Shown in pieces: positions 13,370-27,000 of a stretch of 64,000 nucleotides of DNA. Where the stretch lies: positions 1 to 64,000 of the forward strand of contig NW_026864408.1 in assembly GCF_026571515.1 (NCBI RefSeq), in the 5' to 3' direction. The position numbers were made by a program, and so were the translations under genes. This DNA is from Ruditapes philippinarum. Taxonomy: Eukaryota. The first letter of the stretch is position 1. Every line of letters begins with the position of its first letter. A model generated the notes under the pieces. It did no database searches and was not told where the DNA came from. It saw nothing but the letters and a program-made list of their open reading frames with translations.

Positions 13370-13515
13370 TTGCGACACAAACTTACACTGCAGCTATATT
13401 TGCGACACATACACTGCAGCTATATTTGAGACACAAACTTTCACTGCAGCTATATTTGCGACACAAACTAACATTGCAGCTTTATTTGCGACACAAACTT
13501 ACAAGGCAGCTATAT
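13370..13515. repeat. ~30-bp minisatellite (~5 copies)
   Basis: gcgacacaaacttacactgcagctatattt repeated. Confidence 0.9.
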
Positions 13516-13796
13516 CAAGTTATATAGAAAACGGAAATACTAGAACGTGTATTACAAACAGAGCAACATCTCTTGCACATCTTCAAAACATCTATCAAGG
13601 CACAAACTGAAAATGATTTCTGAAAACAAGTAGGAGTAGTTGACGACACAAACATCAATTTCCGTTTTTATTATGTTATATGCTACCGGAAATAGCGTAA
13701 CGTTAATAACAAAACAGATTTTAAAAAATGAGTCTTAAATAAAAAAACAGATTAAAAATGAGTCTTGAATAAAAAAAAACAAATTAACAAAACGAG

Positions 13797-14014
13797 TTTG
13801 TTTGTTTGTTTTTTTCATTTTACGCCTTTTTCCAACAGTATTTCAGTCATATAGGCGGGTAGTTTCCTAACCATCGTTCCTGGAGAGTTACACCAGTACT
13901 AGACTACCTTCCTCCGCGCTAAACTACCAAAGCATCTCCCGGGGATCAAACCCACGCCAGAGAGGTAACTGGATTAGAAGTCATCGACTCTAACCCCTCG
14001 ACCACGGAGGCGGC
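13797..14014 (-). mobile_element. tRNA-derived SINE nested in the Gypsy leader
   Basis: Minus strand starts gccgcctccgtggtcgaggggttagagtc (A box), has gggtttgatcccc (B box) and ends in an (AAAC)n tail. Confidence 0.7.
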
Positions 14015-15069
14015 AACAAAATTAGTACTAATGATAACTAAGCTATCATATCCCACATGCTATGATGACCTAGGGTGTGAAAAGACTAGAGCAGAAACGT
14101 TCAGGAGCTGAAAGTTCCAGATACCGGTAACTAACAGAGCGGGATACTTGCAAACAGGACTTTTCGGCCCCTTAACCCTTTTAAAATATAATTAAAGGTG
14201 TTTTTTTCTTCTTATTTTATAAAATGAAAATAATACGTTTTCATATTTCAAACAAAAAAGCAATAATTTTTTTTAAAAATAAACTGCGTGGGTAATTTGA
14301 TATATATTGATATAGATCAGTTTGATCAATATGCATACCACTTACTGTGGTATTTGACACTGACACACGTATCAAATAACACTATTAAAAATAACATAAT
14401 AATTAAGGTGCTATTCAATAATGTTGTGATTGCACAGACCTGTACGATTTAATTACTTCGAAATCAATACCATTATAACAATTTTGAGATTGATAAGGAA
14501 CTATAGATAAATTATAGTACATAACATAACTCTTAAATGATTAATCGAACATAGTCATCGAACAGTACAATCTTTATTGTATATTACAAAATATATCTTC
14601 CATTAAGTTAATAGTTATGATTTGTTATTATCATGTATTTGTCATATTGTAGTATTATGACACTATCCACTTATTTTAAGAGTTAACGAGTCCAGTTATG
14701 ATAGAAAACATTATAATAAGTTTAAGTGGGCCGATGTGTTAAAGGGCTCATTTCATTGGGCATGAAATGTCTTGGTACCAAAATGACTAGAAATCGGATA
14801 TTTTAGTGGTGCCATACCTTTGCAAGGAATGCCGTCGTTTTGGCTAGCCGTACTTCCAATTTGTAAACACTGAATTATTCTAAAGAATTTACACTGTTTG
14901 TTTACAAATGTTCAAAGTCCACAAATATATTGTTGTCGTCTAAATGGTCCGAAGAAGTGAATAATCCAACGTTGATATATAAATAAGAATATGTATCTTT
15001 AATTAATTAAATGTTAGAGCTCTTTAAAATATAGAAAATTAACTAGCTAGTTGAACGGAGACCCGGTCA

Positions 15070-15133
15070 CCGGAAGTAAATAAGAAATATAAAAGCCGTT
15101 CTGATTGGCTGTAGTTGGGAAATCCCTACGTCA
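15070..15133. promoter_or_regulatory. Cluster of ETS, CCAAT, NF-kB and CRE-like sites inside the Gypsy 5' leader
   Basis: CCGGAAGT 15070-15077, CTGATTGGCTG 15101-15111, GGGAAATCCC 15117-15126, TACGTCA 15127-15133. Confidence 0.5.
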
Positions 15134-15217
15134 CCTCTGTGTTCGTTGTTTCGCCCCAAATAAATTCGTACCATTGAAAAATACCATCCAAACATAAAAA
15201 TCCACACTGTCCACCAA

Positions 15218-15622
15218 TGTCGTATGGTCCTTTCACATGTAGGGAATGGCTGTTTATGCCTGTGAGGACATAAAACATACGCCTTAATAAATAAATAAAC
15301 AAGATAAACTATTTCTGGCGCAAACCAAGAAAAATATTTATATCAAAGTGCGCATGCATGAGGTGGTTTTTCCGGGACGTTTGTAAAAACGAAGGCCCGG
15401 CATGCAAATTATGTCGAAATGAAATATAAGAAATTAGTTGTTATAATGAGATTATGAAATGGAATGATATAGGAATGATATGGGATAATGGATTGTATAT
15501 CGGACTGTAAAGAAACATAGATAACAGACAAATACAAGATACATATACATGTATATACAAATACAAGGACAAAATGATACATAAAAACGATATTCAAAAA
15601 CACGAATATCGACCTCATGACA
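15218..15622 (-). repeat. 5' LTR of the Gypsy element
   Basis: Direct repeat of 6029-6349; followed on the minus strand by a PBS-like TGG motif. Confidence 0.95.
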
Positions 15623-15702
15623 TAATCTTATAATAGAAATAACACGAGTAGACACATCAGTACAGATATCATATTTCTGTTTTGCTTCGCTACCAGTAGT
15701 TT

Positions 15703-16236
15703 TATATATATATATATATATATAGAAATGAGAGAATATATACACACATACCACCACATCGATATGCCAGTCCAATTACGGCACAGCGCCTAGCAGAACA
15801 GTCATGAAAGCATAGCCACTGCTCATCCACCATCACAAAAATGATGGTTTCAGAACAGCTTTATATACAGTCACAAACTGCACTACACATTGAAACAAGC
15901 TCAACATTCACAGATATAGAGTTTGTTCTCTGTTATCATATCTCACAAATCAACGATGACATTTTTATTGTCTTCTTCACTGATTGGGACCAGAGAACTA
16001 TATATCTATTTCCGACAGTCAACTGGATCACGTAAGATCAAGAAGATCCGTAGGATACAATGAATTTAGACAGATAAAGTATATATAAAGGGAGATAATT
16101 AAATTCAATACAGTTATACTTTCCCCTGCGTGGGATCACTTAAGATACAAGTGTGCAGATAAATTGATAGAAATGAGAGAATATATACACACATACCACC
16201 ACATCGATATGCCAGTCCAATATATATATATATATA
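15703..16236. mobile_element. ~500-bp element with 55-bp terminal direct repeats inserted in (TA)n; Penelope-like architecture
   Basis: atagaaatgagagaatatatacacacataccaccacatcgatatgccagtccaat is identical at ~15722-15776 and ~16167-16221. The whole unit is flanked by (TA)n on both sides. No convincing ORF. Confidence 0.5.
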
Positions 16237-16764
16237 AAAGGCCATTCAGACTGAGTGAATAAAACAATGTAATGTTCATATTAACGTGTTATGAACTAAT
16301 ATAAAAAGTATTCTAATTGGCAATGCTTTTTTTCTCACATGAATATTTCGGTTTTCATAAAACGTTGTTGAAACAGTTTGTTTTTATCTTTAAATAAATA
16401 TTTTAAAAGACATATAAGTCTTTTCTCCAAACTTAGAGAACCGCAATTCTATTCAACACACTTCTATCTTCTGACATGAATGATATCTGTAGAAAAAATT
16501 GCTCCCTTAAAAATATAATGTAGGGATCGTGAGATTTAGCGCGTTAATAATTTTATGTTTAAGACGTCTTTTTATAAAACATTAAATTGGTAAAACGGAT
16601 CAAAACAAAAATTCGTATTTTGTTATCACATTTACACTTGTATGAAGCTTGTTGGTATTTATCATGTAAATAAAACACTGAACAATGTAACTGAAACGAT
16701 TGTTTTGAAAGGACACACATCGGGTAATCATTAACAAAGAATTTGAGCGCACAAATAATTAATT

Positions 16765-17822
16765 AAAATCAAATCAAAATTTATTTATTGTCGGTATACA
16801 GTCATATATAACATTTTACAAAACATAAGCTATGTATAGCTTTTGGCCGACATACATGCATATAAACATAAAACTCATAAAAGAAGCACATTATGATAAA
16901 CTTTGAAAGACAAATGGTAAAAGACAAGTTAAATTACTATAATGTGGGATGTAGACACTAAATGTAATAGTTTAAAGTAAAATAATAATAATTAATAAAA
17001 AATAATGATATGCTAAGGATAACATTTAATTACTGTATCATAAGTGAATAAAATAATATATATCTAGATAAAAATGCGGAACATATTAGCACATACATAA
17101 AATAAGATTACATTAAAAGTTGGGTGGATTCTGCTGATCTTGACCCAGGTCTAGCCTGGACTGTTATAAAAGAAAGGAAACAAGATATTGAAAATGAAAA
17201 GGATCATAAAAATGTGACAACTAATTAGGTTTTAAAAATAAAAAATCCCCAATTCAAAATTGGCAAGAAGTGATCAGCAACCTCCTCAATAAGCAAACTT
17301 CGCAATAAGCTGACAATAAGCAAACAAAAATTCAAGCATACTGGAAAAATAATACATGTACATAAACATTTATGTTGAGAATATTAACAAAATGTAAGCC
17401 AAATAAGAATTAACAACTTTAGAGATACATGTAAGTAAGCAGTAAAACAAAAGAAAGCAGGTAAGAAACAAAACTAAAGATGGAGCTAAACTATAATGCA
17501 GGTTTATTGGCAGAAAGTACATGAGCAACTCTCTCCATTCCATGCACCAATTAAACTTTTAGATTGGTCATAATTCACTTCCAGTCTGAGGTGTTGGGGA
17601 AGTGAATTCCATAGTTTAGGTGCATTGAAACGAAAAGAGTTGCTGGTGGTTCTTACTTGAGGGATAATGGCTACATTTGTATACCTAAAATTAAAAGAAT
17701 GAGTTTTTATATTAACAAGATCATGTAAGTATGTTGGTCCTTGTTTATGAATAATTTTATGAATTTCGACGGCTATAGTTCTGATTCGTCTTAATTTTAA
17801 ATTTGGTAGCTTAGATTTTATT
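16765..17822 (-). mobile_element. 5'-truncated LINE (CR1/L2-type) 3' end
   Basis: Minus translation of ~17820-17508 gives KLPNLKLRRIRTIAVEIHKIIHKQGPTYLHDLV...SFRFNAPKLWNSLPQHLR...AWNGESCSCTFCQ*, a typical ORF2 C-terminus. 3' tail aataaataaattttgatttgattt at ~16765-16793. Confidence 0.8.
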
Positions 17823-18794
17823 ATTTATTAACATGATAAATGCAAATTATGGGGTTGGTTAATGTCAAATAATAATGACGGTCTATGGACAATCGCATAA
17901 TGAATTAAACGACTTAAATACCATGCAAATGTACCAGATTATTGTTCGAATGTTCGTTCAAAGAACTACGGGACAGCTTCAGCGCGAGCATGTGTCACTG
18001 ATTCTAATACCTTTCGTTTAAAGTTATAATGCTATATGAGCCTTTGCTTCGATTCTACATATTTGCTTCTTTGGCGTATAGTGTACAAACTAAATCAAAA
18101 TTATGTATTGCTCCTTGACCAAATAAATAAAACGAACTTATCAATTTGATATAATTTGGTAAATAATGTTATGATAATAAACTACTACTTTTAGAATTAT
18201 ATATGTTATTGCTTCACATGCTCCTGATATTACTTTCATTATGTAATGTCCAGTGCTTATTTTCTAATCATAAATATGATAATACCGCTATAAAAGTCAC
18301 ACTATCTTATGTCTCTACCTATACATTCTAAAGACAGATATATTCATTAAATGAATGATAACAACTCTTATAATTAGCCAGGTTTTGGGTAGTTCAAGAA
18401 CCTAAAAAAAGAACAAACCGAACAAAGTAAACAATATAAAGTTTGCTTAAAAACGTTAATGCTTTATCATAGTTATATGATAACATAAAGGGAACATCAA
18501 TCATTTCATTGTTTATTGATTCCGTACGTTCATGATTATCACTTCATGCACACAAGATCAAACGGCAATTTATGTATTCGTACATGTAGGACAGCAAGCA
18601 CATCTGTGTTTCAACTTTAACTCTTTTTTTAAAACAAGCAAATAATTTTATTCAGGATTCTCATTTGGCATATTGAACGCCTTTACATTTTTACAACTCT
18701 TAAGGAATATTTCAAGACCACTACAAGTCGAGCTCAGAAATCAATACATGTAAACATCTCGCCGATCACCACAATCAATAGGTTTTCGTTGGGG

Positions 18795-18825
18795 TTTTTT
18801 TTTTTTTTTTTTTGCCTTTTTTTGT

Positions 18826-18862
<37 letters not shown>

Positions 18863-18897
18863 TTGTTGTTGTTGTTCTTTTTGTGTTTTTTTTTTTG
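18795..18897. repeat. Poly-T / (TTG)n low-complexity tract
   Basis: Seen directly; explains the spurious ORFs 18734-18940 and 18812-19054. Confidence 0.95.
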
Positions 18898-19019
18898 TAT
18901 TACGAGTATCCTTTTGATTGCAATCAAAAATATTATTCATATTTATGATAGCGTATCAATAATTTCGGCGTCATGCTCGTATATTTGTTTATTTAGTACA
19001 TTGTTTCTTAATAGCAATA

Positions 19020-19300
19020 TACGAGGGGAAGTCAGAAAATATCCGGACTTTTGACTCGTTCTCACAAACCATTCAACATTTGAAAAAAAAATCTTTCTAC
19101 TCTTTTTCAAAATATTCTCCACCTACGTCTACGCACTTTTGCCATCTTCGTGGGAGCTTTTGTATTCCCGCTGTGAACCATGACCAGCAGATATTAAAGC
19201 CGCCCTGGTCTTATATTTCTTTCCAGCACGCATTTTTTTCAGTTCTGGAAACAAATAAAAGTCACAGGGGGCAAGGTCTGGGCTATAAGGAGTGTGAGCG
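19020..19300 (-). mobile_element. Mariner (Tc1/mariner) transposon 3' fragment
   Basis: PYSPDLAPCDFYLFPELKK motif in ORF 19129-19350; mariner-type terminus TAcgagggg at ~19020. Confidence 0.88.
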
Positions 19301-20988
19301 GCGTCGTCTTTTATGGAAGTCTTTTTAAAAGGTCCCTTCTTCGATTTCATTTAAAAGGGGAATAATTTGGTGGAATTTTATACATGGAAACAGGGAGTTA
19401 TCATTCATGGCTAGGAAATATGGCCGACTACAATCATGCGTGTGTGTGCGTGTGCGCGCGCGCGTGCGTGCGTGCGTGTGTGTGTGTGTCTGCTTTTGCC
19501 TTTGTAAAGAAATTGCACCTTGACCGGCAATTCTTTAACCGTCCAATTGGTAAGTGGAAATTGGAAAGAACTTAAAGTAAAATAAATGTACTTACACCAA
19601 TAATGTCGTGCTGAACGATCTGTAAGTTATTATTTTCTTAGAAAAATGATTTGTAATAACATTGTTATCGTATAAGTTGTTATCGTATAAGGTTCAACTT
19701 TTGTCCATTGTCAGTATTGTTTTTTGTTTTTTAATTAATCTTCCGGAATCATGTTTCAAATGCTTCAACTTCAAGTCCACATATCACAATGACCACAGAT
19801 AACTCAGATATGCCTCACAAATAAGTGCAATATATTCCCTTATCGGATTTGAATTTAATATGTTATGAAACATAAATGTAATTGCATTATATTCACTTCA
19901 CGGTTAAAGAAGCCGCTAACCTGTTAGCCAATGAAAATTAAAAATCAAACAACTTAAAAACTACAATATCAAATTGTCTATTTATATATAGTTTGCATAT
20001 CATTGGATAATCTAAGAAAAACAATCGTCCTTCAAAGACGAATACCGTGTTTTGTTTTGCTTTGGGAAAACACAAAAAAAAACTTAATGTGCACACTCAA
20101 TTGATCATAAATGTCTACCGTCTTTCTTTTGTTTGAGCTTGCCGTTCTGTCATATATTTGAAAGATTATTTTTCAAATGAGCATTAAGGCCCTTCTTTGT
20201 TTCCAAATGTTTTTTTTTTTAAATTTCATGCCTATAGAAGTTCCGCACAGTGGTTTTTAGTTTATGTTGACTTGTAGAGAAGAACAGTTAAAATCATGTG
20301 GAAAACTACAATATACATGCTTAGATGTTTCATATGAATCATATCTTGCATATCTTATTCTGTTTTATTTTCCATTTACTATACATTTTATGAATTTATC
20401 TATTTATTAATCTATCTTTACATTTTATCTTTATTTTTGATTTCTTGGTAAAACAATGCCAGTCTTAAATATCTAACTAATGTTCTGTTCCGTTAATGTT
20501 AATACAATCTCATTTGTTCGATCCTTGTCAACTTAGCAGAACTGCTCTGCAACACAATCTTAATTCAGGAATAAAACTAAAGTATTACTCTGTACCGTTT
20601 AAGGGGGCGTAATGCAACGATGATATCAAATTTACATTTGAAGAAATGTAAATTCTAAAAAGGAGTAACAGATTTACATACATGTATATGTATTAATGAT
20701 ATATCTTTATAACAGTTTTTTAACGAACATCAATAAATACGACCCTTTCAACTTGATTAAACAATCTAGATTTACCTTTTGTATTTGGTCGCTATTGTCG
20801 AACCGTTAAAGTTGTCCTTTTCTTTCTATTGTAACTAAATATTTAGTTGTAACTTTATATAACCTGTCATATGATCTTTGTCTTTTAGAGACGTTTCAAT
20901 GAAATTAAGAAAATTCTACAATCAAATTAACAAAACAAGTCCTGAGTAATTTCTTCATCTCAAAAATGTTATTGATTTGTTTGTTTTA

Positions 20989-21269
20989 TTAAGTTTTTGA
21001 AACCAAAACTATTAACACACAACTCTATCCAAATCATCTAAAAAAAAAACTTGAAAGATAAAACTGTTTTGCATTTGGATCAAACGTTTCGGTGTAAGAG
21101 CTATTGCATAACAGTGTCATAAAACATCTGTATCTGTCCAGATATCCATATTTTTGGCGTTTAAAACTTGGGAAACAAGTTTATTTTGAAGACATTTATC
21201 TTTCAAGTTTTGTTTTTTAGATGATTTGGATAGAGTTGTGTGTTAATAGTGTTGGTTTCAAAAACTTAA
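20989..21269. mobile_element. MITE-like inverted repeat (~80-bp arms) bounded by TTAA
   Basis: 20991-21070 is the reverse complement of ~21189-21268; TTAA at 20989-20992 and 21266-21269. Confidence 0.7.
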
Positions 21270-24099
21270 ATAGCCGCCTTTTATATAGTAAAGCGATGTC
21301 ACTCGCGTGCTGTTTTATTTTGGTTAAATTTAGTAACGTGTCTGATGTCCTTAATGTCTTAAATACTACATTTTTGCTCAAATACGATGTTTTATCGTTG
21401 GTCAATTGTTTAATAAAAGTTTATATATCGTTTAATCGGGATATAATTAATTAATGTTCATGACAATATGGGCAACACTGTATATATATATAAATAAGAT
21501 ACATTGTGTCGGATGCATGGCAAATAACGACATTTACTGAAGCGTACCCGTCATGTCACAGTATAAGAAGAGTACATGTACTACTAGTACGACGTAATAT
21601 AATTTTCGTGTGTTACCCCTTTACTTTCAACAACTGTGCAGATCTAGACAGACATTCGTCTATGTAGCATTTAATTTGGCTCCTAAAAAGGTATGCAGCG
21701 CACAGCGCAGCTATTTACGCATGCGTAAAACCTCTCGTGTATTATTGGTGACGCCTGTGAGCGGCGTCGTCTCTTATGGAATGCTTTTTATTTTGGCCTA
21801 TGGAAGGAGCTGTTATTATTAGCAGTTAATGTTATGTTGTGTTAATTAGTTTTATTTTTATTCGTAAAAATCAAGTAAACAAATATGTTGTTATTTTTTG
21901 TATTTAATAACTTTATGTAAAAAGCATGTGCATTGTGATATTATTTTTACAAAATTGCAGTCTCAGTGTAACAGTTTGTCCCGTACCTTTATTGGCAATA
22001 TTAAAACCCGGATTCCCATTATCGTTGTGGTGTACATTGTTGCCGCATTCTTTTTCATTCATTTATATATTTTCAAAATTTTCCTACAAGATTTGTTTGA
22101 AAATTTAGTGCAAAACCATTCAAATAAACGTTCATGTCGCAAAATTAAATTTCGTTTAGTTTTTTTATATAGAAGAAAGCTTGGAATTTACAAATCTCAA
22201 CCTTTCTTTTAATTTTTTTTATTTAAATACGTTTACTGTAAAAATTATATGACACATAACAGCATGTTACAACAAAACATATCAAAGCCACCATCAAATT
22301 AGACCAACTACTTGAGAACTGAGTAACTCTCAGGTACACTGTATGATATGATAAGATGATAAATCTTGGAGAGTGGAAGTCCCCTCACCAACCATGCTGG
22401 CAAACAATCGAAACCAAAACAATAATAAATAAAAAAAAAGCATAAAAACTGCGGACTCGTTTTAATAAAGCCTGTTCATGGAAGATTCTGGTAAGTGCAA
22501 GTTACCGTTCATGCCCCCTATCACCGGTTTAAGCAGTTAAGTCATATTATTATTATTTAGGCATGTTGTCCTGTTTCAATAGGATATTCATACGGTTTTC
22601 TTATGAAAGTAAAACATTCAACAAATAATAAAAACTTTAACAACGTCTTGACCAGTACATGCATTTTAAGTAACATAGTATTATGCAAGCGGCGAAGAAT
22701 CAACATAATAATAGTGTCATAAGCTTTTAGCATCAATCAGTAACTTTCTTCAAAGTCCTTACCTCCGCACGCAGTACAAAGTTGGGGTCTGTGAATCCAT
22801 CGGGTGAATATGTTCTTATGAGAGTATTTTTATTTGACAATACCAAGTGTCGTTTGATTGTGGGGGAAATCAAAGTGTTAAAGGCATAAAACAACTTTTA
22901 AAATTGATTTTATTTTATTTTTCAGATTAGAAATATGCATGATAAAATAAAATGTTAGATAATGACAAAACAATCAAATAAAAATAAACTTACTACACTG
23001 TAGTAGTCTGTGTTTACCGTGCGTGCCTAAGTTTTCCAAGATTTGTAAGAATATGCTTTCTTTGATACAAAGAATTATTCTCACTTAGAGTAATGGATAG
23101 ATGGAATTTATCTAAGTTTAACTTTAAACATGGTAATGTACTTACCATATGGCTAAACAATCTTTTGCTTTTTGGTCAATTTGACCATAAGTGAATATAT
23201 AATTATAAGCATTGTGTACAAAAGACAAAATATATTTTCATGCCCTAAGTGCATATACTTATTTTAAAAGGTTTGCCATTTCTTTAGAGCGGAAATGATA
23301 TTCATATTAACAGAAGCGTAATGTGCTTTTAACGTTTCTAAAATTTACTATGGTAGCTGAATTTCCAGGCGCTTTACTGACAACGCTTTCATATAAACCA
23401 TTTTAATAATTGATTTCACAAGAATCGAAAGCTCAAATGACATAAAATTAAAGTACGCTTTGTATTTCACGTACTATTTCTGTACAGGGCAGTTCCAAAG
23501 CTTTCGTCCAATATCTCATTCAAATGGATGGGTTCGCCGAAACACTGACTATGCCATGATTGTAGATGCAGCATAATCGGTATTGGGCTCGACTAGACGA
23601 AACAAATGAAATGTCTGTATATGAAAAAAAACGCGTGCTTCTTCCGATTTTGTAACTAGGGTTTACACTTCGGATATTTAAACAATAAACCTACAATTGC
23701 CTTAAAATAGTCTTATTGTTATTTGATGAAAGTTTTACTATCATAATAGTGTAGTCATACTGTTATTTAATAGGATAAATACACTGCAGTCAAAGTTCAC
23801 ATAAAAATCTGGAAAAGTGTGATCCCTCGCAAGCATTAATCACAACAAAATTACATGAAAATTGATTGAGTCTGTACATGAGGGATAAAGTAAAAGTGCA
23901 ACATCCCTTACGTTCCCTAGCACCGGCTTGAGCGTTACTAAATTTTCAACACCGTTTTCTCCATTTCTAACAATATCTGCTATGGAATTCCAAAGTGGAC
24001 GCATCAATCTGTGTTTCTTTCATTACACAGAGATTAATTTATTTGCGCATATCACAATTGTCCACCAACACCTCAATTACAATCACATTATAATCACAT

Positions 24100-27000
24100 T
24101 CATGAAGCGGATGACTCAATCACACATTTATCGTCATCTTTGAAGGTGTCACACAATGCCTGGTGAAATTGTTTTGTTGTTTGAGAGAAAAGGTCTACAA
24201 GATACACATGTCTTACACTGCTGTATTGCTCCTCGCGGAAAAAGTTCCTCACAGCTCCAACAATCAGAGGAGCCGCTGTCTTAGCAGGCCATCTACAATA
24301 GCAAATAAGAAATGATTTTTTTAAACATATACATTTGGTCGATGTATACGAAGTTTAAATAGATTGCATCATTTCTAAGTCAGTTTTGGCATTTTTTTTA
24401 ATTGCTTAAACTTTGATCGTGTTTATTTGAGCTTACGTGCAAAGTCCATTAAAAGTAAGACTTACTTTAAGTAATCTTTAATTCACAAATACAATTAGTT
24501 TTGTATTTTTTAAATTTGTCCATAAGCTTATGTAAAAACATATCTCTCCTAAAGACATGGGTTCGACCAATTTGTTTCTCTTTAAATAACAGCGACAGGA
24601 TCAAATAAAAATAACATTACTTTTAACGCATGTGGAAGCTGTACATTTTTAAAATACAATTTGAGACGCTTAAGAAATGTACTTGTTAACTACTTATATT
24701 ACGTTATGAAAATATTAAGTTTAGAAGTAGCAGAAATGTACAAAAACCAATTCCTCAAGGAATGTAAAAATTAGGAGGAATTGTGCACTAAAAGGCTTAA
24801 CAAGCAACATGTTCAATTAATGGGTAAAAATATATTGTATATTAGATAAAAATGGAAATATATGAATAATGTTTACGACTCCTAATACATTATACCTCAA
24901 CCAGCAATGATGAATATTTCCAGGAAAGTGCTTGGTTTTTTAAGATCAACCGGATATATTGGTCCGTTTTTCTTACCGCGTTGATCGTTTCGGCCATATA
25001 TTGAACTTCTTAGGGTCTATTTAAAATCATAACATAACATAGCCATAGCATAGTATAAGTGGTATCTTTGTATTACTCAAATTTTATCGACAAACGTGGA
25101 TTTCAAAGTGACTTTGATCATGGAAATGACCATTGGGAAAGACTACTAAGATGGCCGCAATCGTTGTTTGTCGTACATATTATGATCAATATACAAATTA
25201 CAGTCAGTTAAGAATAAAATTTGCCCGAGAAAAAGTTTAGTTGAAGTAAAGGGAAATAAATGCCACTGGAATGAAACCAGAACCTTATTTGATGCAATAC
25301 ATTTTTGACTGCTAGATGCTTGTCAAATTTTTACGTCGGGAAACTCCATCCACCGTGTTGTGCTCAAGTAGACTCTTTAAATTGATAAATCTGTTGTGAT
25401 AAACTGTTGGCTAAATATACCCAATGGCACAACAAGGATTATGAACATGCGTTCCTCAACCTCAGTTCTGATATGACTTGATTGTCTAACTGAGAAGCTT
25501 ACCACCTCCTAGTGGACAACAACATTGATACCTCAATTCTGGGGCTCAAATTTTCTGAACAGTAATTTGGATTTGACTCCATAAACTTTTTTAATAAAAC
25601 ACTGCGGACCCAATTACACCTTCAATAATACTAATGTGCTTCCTATACTTTACAATAAGCTTTATTTCTTGTGATTTGATTGCATGAATTGAATGACCAC
25701 ACGGAGGAGCCGATATAAATTTGACTCCATGTTCTTAGACACTGGTACCTTTTCATATTCTAAGATAAGTGATGACCTATACTCGCCAATAGCAACATAT
25801 CTTCTTTGTCGGAAGATGTGCCATCACAGAAAATGTACACGTATCGCAAGGCAATTGCCTCATACTGATTTCAAGCATTTTATTTTCATGTGGCAGCTTT
25901 AACTCGATGTTATGGGAGTCAATGTAAATTGTTCTTTGGCATACCAATGAATACTCAAGATACCACGATACCGCGTGTAATATAAAATTACTCTTTCATT
26001 CACAATATCTCACATACAGTCATGTCCATGAGCTAATTGTACAGATAAAGAAAAGGAAACTCAATAGATAGTGTGGAACATAATAGGTTTTAATGATACT
26101 GAAGCGGTTTCTTAAAGCGTCAAAGGAGATATAATATAAAATAACGATTAAAAACATAAAATAAATTTACCCAGAATATCCACATCCTATTGCTGGTATT
26201 GCAATGGTGCGAGCTTGTTTCCTTGACGCCTCCATTAGCACACGCCCGACCGTTTTCTTCAGTAGTGTTTCCTCCTCGGAATCCCTTTTGTCGCACACAG
26301 GACTATTCACGTGAATAACGTACTTTGCTTGTAAATCTCCGGCCTCACTTACAAACGTATCACCTTCGTCAATACTGCGCTGTGTTTGCAGAAACTGGTG
26401 ACACGCTGCTTGAATGCTAGATCCACCTGTAAAACGGGTACACAGCATTTATTCCAAATAGTTATGGAACATTTATTTCAACTGTAGAACAAACAATTAC
26501 TTCTGCATTACTTGAATGTGAAAATAAGCGTAATTATACATTTACAGTTTAATGTTGCTCGATTTCTCTAATTTTATTTGTTTGTTGATATACAGACATA
26601 CAAACTTTGATTAGCAATTAAGTGTTTCTACTGTTATATATACAAATGAAGGAATATTATCAGACGTTTTTTGTGATAAGTTCAGTTTGCTTTCAGTTTC
26701 TATTTATAAGCATGGAATATTTTCAAACAGCAATATATTCAACAAGGTATGTGTACCGAAAATACTAAACAAAATGTTCAACCTGCCAAACAAATGACTC
26801 CCAGTCGAATGCATCCTTAAGCAGTAAAAAGCCCTGTCAAGTATTATGAGAAAGAAATAGCCCATAAAGAAAATAGTCACAATTCGGTTTTAATTACTAT
26901 AGAAATGATATGTTTACCCTTATCCCTAATTGTTTTTGATATTCCGGTTTCGAAAGAAAGGCATTTGTTCGTGGTGTTGACAACAGCCTCTGCCTCAATG

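Larger units (their letters stand above)
6029..15622 (-). mobile_element. Gypsy/Ty3 LTR retrotransposon, decayed and internally deleted
   Basis: Two TG...CA LTRs (6029-6349, 15218-15622). 4-bp TSD TAAT at 6025-6028 and 15623-15626. Polypurine tract AAAGTGGGGAAGTA (minus) at 6350-6363. PBS-like TGGTGGACAGTGTGG next to the 5' LTR. Frameshifted gag, protease and RT inside. Confidence 0.95.

Noticed and set aside
18734-19054. Poly-Lys and poly-Phe ORFs
   Set aside because: Translations of a poly-T tract.
19293-21781. ~26-bp direct match tgtgagcggcgtcgtct.ttatggaa at ~19293 and ~21756
   Set aside because: Too short, with no TG...CA ends or TSD; likely dispersed repeat fragments.
22763-22860. Minus-strand open stretch ending in gag|gtaagg downstream of the CARD-macro stop
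   Set aside because: No acceptor or recognisable domain; cannot be tied to a gene model without RNA data.
24896-25017. Exon-like segment with donor gag|gtataa
   Set aside because: No phase-2 reading that fits the macrodomain; the phase-compatible frames contain stops.
25503-25619. Phase 2-2 open segment with AG/GT ends inside intron 6 of the CARD-macro gene
   Set aside because: Weak acceptor, and the peptide would interrupt the conserved GxG-(F/W)P macrodomain loop; the exon at 24292 continues the domain directly.
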